Below, piece after piece: positions 60,202 to 64,000 of a stretch of DNA of 64,000 nt. The DNA is from Diadema antillarum (Eukaryota), in contig NW_027270982.1 in the NCBI RefSeq assembly GCF_040938485.1, forward strand, positions 3,162,001-3,226,000, in the 5' to 3' direction. The notes under the pieces were generated by a model, which worked only from the letters and a program-made list of their open reading frames with translations, was not told the DNA's origin and did no database searches. The first letter of the stretch is position 1; each line of letters begins with the position of its first letter. The position numbers were made by a program, and so were the translations under genes.

Positions 60202-63172
60202 CTATGTGTGATTTGCTAGAAGGTATATTTTCAAATATTTCTTAAATGAGGACAGGCTATTGCGTGAACAAATATCTCTAGGAATTGAATACCAGATTAA
60301 CGGAAATTGGTGACGTACGGAGTTTGAAACCAGATTTGTTTTTACTACCCACATATGAAATCTATTGCAATTTCGTGTATTGTATTTATGAATTTCATTA
60401 TTAGTTGAAAACATACATGAAATATTATGAGGTAACATATCTTTGAAATAATAAAATCCCAAAACAGCGGTATTATAAGTATACAAATCAAATATATTCA
60501 AAGTATTAAATTTACGAAAAAGAGGAGCCGAATGAGCAAGATAATGACTACCAGAGCATATTCGTAATGCTTTTTTCTGCAATTTATGTAAAACTTCTAT
60601 CTTGGTTTTATTATATTTGCCCCATACAGATACACAATAATTAAGATACGGAAGCATAAATGTATTATACAGCAAAAAAAGTGCAAACTCTGGAAGAATA
60701 TTTTTCAATCTATATAATATACCTATACATTTAGATACCTTATTTGCTACATTCGTTATATGTACATCCCAATGCATATTACTCTGAATATAAACACCAA
60801 GAAAATTTACCGAATCAACTTTCTTTAGAGGAACAGAATCAATAGAACATAACACATCATCAAAAATATAATTATCATCACAAACATTACGGTGAAATAT
60901 AACATAATTTGTCTTAACAAAATTAACAATTAATTTATTTACTTTAAACCAATTACTAACTTTATCTAACTCCTGATTAACTTTAATCTCAATATCAATC
61001 AAACTTGGATGAGTATAAAACAAAGTAGTATTATCAGCATACATCACATACTTAAACATAGTAGAACTTTGAACAATATCATTAATATAAATCAAAAACA
61101 ATAAAGGACCTAAAATAGAACCTTGCGGAACACCACGGGTTATTAATGAATAATTTGAGGAACAATTCTTAAATGATGTATATTGAAATCTATCAGACAA
61201 ATAATTTTTAAACCAGAGTAAAGGTGTCCCACGTACCCCATAATGTTCTAACTTATATAAAAGAATAGTATGATCAACAACATCAAAAGCTTTTGACAAA
61301 TCCATAAATATTCCAATAGCATATTTGTTAAGGGTTAGAGCAGAAATAATCTTATCTTGTAAAACTATAACAGCATGAGTGGTTGAATGATTTCGTCTGA
61401 AGCCATATTGACAATTAGAAAGTATATCGAATTTTATTAGAAAAGAATACAGACGGTTATATATACACTTTTCAAGTAGTTTTGATATGACAGGGAGAAC
61501 TGATATAGGTCTATAGTTTTGTAACAAATGCGGGTCATCTTTCTTGTATATTGGAATAATTTTTGCAATTTTCAATTTTGTTGGGACATCACCAGAACTT
61601 AAAGACAAATTAATTATATAAACAAGAGGTTTAACAATGGAAAATATTATCTGTTTCAAAATATTACAACTTAGATTATCAAAACCACAAGAATACGTTG
61701 TTTTTAAAGCATTACAAATTTCCAAGAGTTCACTCTCTGTGGTAGGGTTAAAAAATAAAGAATGGAAAAAATCACATTGGAGATAATCTTTAAAATGCAT
61801 ATCAGAACTAGGTTTTCATAAAGATAATAATGTTTCATTACAAATATTTGTGAAATATGAATTAAAATTGTTTGCAATCATTTGAGAACCTGTTATTTTT
61901 TCGTCATTTCTTAGAAAAAATGTAGGCATTTCATTTGGTGATTTATTAAGCAGTGAATTTATAACAGACCAAGTTTTATTCACATTATTTCTATTTTCAT
62001 TTAATTTACTACAATAAAATTTTTTCTTGGCGTGTCGTAATAAATTATTTACTTTATTCTTATAGTCTTTATATTTCTTTTCATTTGTTAAAGATCTATT
62101 ACATAAAAATTTCTTAAATAATTTATGCTTCTTATTTATACACCGAAGATGAAAAGGAGTTATCCACGGTTTGCGAATCTTTTTCTTTTTTACTTTCATT
62201 AAGGGAAATATATCATCATATAAAAAATTCAATTTCGCAATGAATATATCATATGCTGCAGTTGCATTGGAAGTATCATATACTACTGACCAATCTGCAC
62301 TAATCAGTTTCTCATTCAATAAACAAATTCCTTCATCTGTTATTTTACGGGAATAATTCTGATTAATGTTTTTGTTTTTCCTTATCTTATTCAACATTAG
62401 AAATATAGGTAAATGGTCTGTAATATCATTACTAAATGTACCACAACATAATTGACAATTCATAACATTTGTGAAAAAATTATCCAAAAGAGTTGCACTG
62501 TTTAAAGTAACGCGAGTTGCACTCTTTATAAGGGGTTCAAACCCAAATGAAAAATTAGCAATTAAAAACTTATAAGCACCTTGATTTTCTAAATACTTAA
62601 GGAGGTCTACGTTAAAATCACCTGTTATAAATATATTTCTATGTTCCTTCGTTACAGTACATAGGGCTTCAGAATAAAATTCTATGAAATCGTCAACATT
62701 TGAGTCCGGTTTTCTATAAATGACACCAACAGTGTACTTGGAGTTATCATGTACAAAATCAATAAACAAATACTCACAAATACCTTTATCAATTTCACTT
62801 GAAAGCAAAATATCTGATCGAATTTGAAAAAAAAATATCATTCTTTATAAAGAGACCAACACCTCCTCCACGACCAAAAACTCTATCTGAATGAATGAAA
62901 GTATAACCGGGTAAATTAAATGGAATCACAGGGTCTTTACATATCCACGTTTCTGATATTGCAATTATACTAAAAGAGTGCTTCAGTGAGGACAAAAATA
63001 TGGATATATCTTCAAAATTCTTCAGGAGACTACGGGCATTAAAATGAATCATACTAAGTTCTGAGATATATTTGCAATGCACATTAAATTCATCAGAGGT
63101 AAAACAATTAAATGAACTGTGGGTATTAAACAAGTGAAAATCAGGATCGATGCTAGTGAATGGATTATTCAT
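60202..63172 (-). pseudogene. LINE ORF2 (APE endonuclease + reverse transcriptase), disrupted
   Basis: Endonuclease motifs HFNARSL, ISETW, GGGVG, IYRKP and GDFN; RT motifs NYRPIS, DLSKAFD and GVPQGSILGPLLFLIYIND. Lesions: frameshift in a T9 run (62827-62835), in-frame TGA (61816-61818), and YADN instead of YADD (61030-61041). Confidence 0.92.
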
Positions 63173-63622
63173 GTCGCACAAGATTGAGTTGGTATATCTC
63201 CAATGAGCGGAAATAAACATACGACAGCATTGTTGTTCTGGCAATAAACTGAAAAAGCATAGTATTGATACACTTTACGTTATATACCGATTCAAGAATC
63301 ATAACACAAACAACACATCTACCATCCTCAACGTGAACAAACATAGAAGAAAACACACACATAAAAAAGGATTTCATACAAAAGAAATCTTACAGAAAAA
63401 AAAAACAGGAGAGCGAGTGAAACGTGCAAAGAGAGATTTTGGAGTCAGTACACATTTTGAAATTATTAACTCTGTAATCCATATCCATTTGAATTTTCAA
63501 AAGTAATACCTATATGTTATTATAAAAGAGCTTTTATCTTGTGTAGGTATACATCATGTGTGTTCAGTTTCAACAGGCTGACTGGTCTTCAGTTCAAGAG
63601 ACAGGTAAGTATAGCAGGTAAG

Positions 63623-64000
63623 TTATAGGTAGCTTAAGTCTTCAGTGCAGTTGATGATTTTCTTCCTTGTTTTCTGGCCATTCCCATGCAGTATGACGAA
63701 GATGCGTCCATCCACAGACCATGCAGCCTGAACCTTCACATGTTGCTGTGCCGCCTTCAGGAGTTTGCTGTTGTACTCGGTGAGGTCTTCCTGTATTCCC
63801 ATGCCGGTATTCTTCAGCGACTTCCTTTTTGTGATCAGCATCTGACGATACCTGTAGCTCGTGAGCTTCACGATGACAGGCCGTGGAGGAGCGGGTCCAC
63901 CCGAATCCTTGGGATTCCTCTGCTTTCCGATCCGGTGGCTGCGATCTATGTGATGTGGTTGGAGATCAACATTGAGTTTTTCCCTCGCCATCTGACACAC
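63623..64000 (-). CDS. LINE ORF1 (L1-ORF1-like RRM/CTD type), C-terminal part
   Basis: IDRSHRIG...RPVIVKL...KSLKNTGMGIQEDLT...AWSVDGRIFV is the usual motif series of CR1/L2/Crack ORF1 proteins. Confidence 0.85.
   Translation of the reverse strand: MCQMAREKLNVDLQPHHIDRSHRIGKQRNPKDSGGPAPPRPVIVKLTSYRYRQMLITKRKSLKNTGMGIQEDLTEYNSKLLKAAQQHVKVQAAWSVDGRIFVILHGNGQKTRKKIINCTEDLSYL

Larger units (their letters stand above)
59897..64000 (-). mobile_element. CR1/L2-group (Crack-like) LINE, near full length, 5' part runs off the window
   Basis: On the minus strand: ORF1, an AT-rich spacer, APE endonuclease plus RT, a 3' UTR, AATAAA (59920-59925) and an (AATTG)n tail (59897-59918). Confidence 0.92.

Overview
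AT-rich, repeat-dense animal genomic DNA, probably an echinoderm such as a sea urchin (inferred from gene and repeat types, not shown). It contains three short N-gaps. Two protein-coding genes are well supported. (1) A three-coding-exon Golgi-type carbohydrate sulfotransferase of the Sulfotransfer_2 / CHST8-14 family, which I assembled by hand from 9329-9428, 10711-10802 and 15055-15960 (365 aa, all splice phases compatible). (2) An intronless class A GPCR (13039-14046) lying entirely inside the sulfotransferase's second coding intron on the SAME strand. The right end holds a nearly full-length CR1/L2-group LINE on the minus strand. Its ORF2 has a frameshift, a nonsense codon and YADD changed to YADN. 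The rest is mostly non-autonomous DNA transposons: many TTAA-targeting Kolobok/T2-like MITEs (stacked and nested), two inverted MITE dimers forming 1.28-kb and 0.84-kb palindromes, a ~4-kb TIR element with a 5-bp TSD, and a Harbinger-like MITE. There are also Crypton-like hairpins, tRNA-derived SINEs, a 58-bp minisatellite and microsatellites. A few weak exon-like segments may belong to further genes. Repeat family names rest on termini and TSD patterns only; no database search was possible, and percent identities are estimates by eye.
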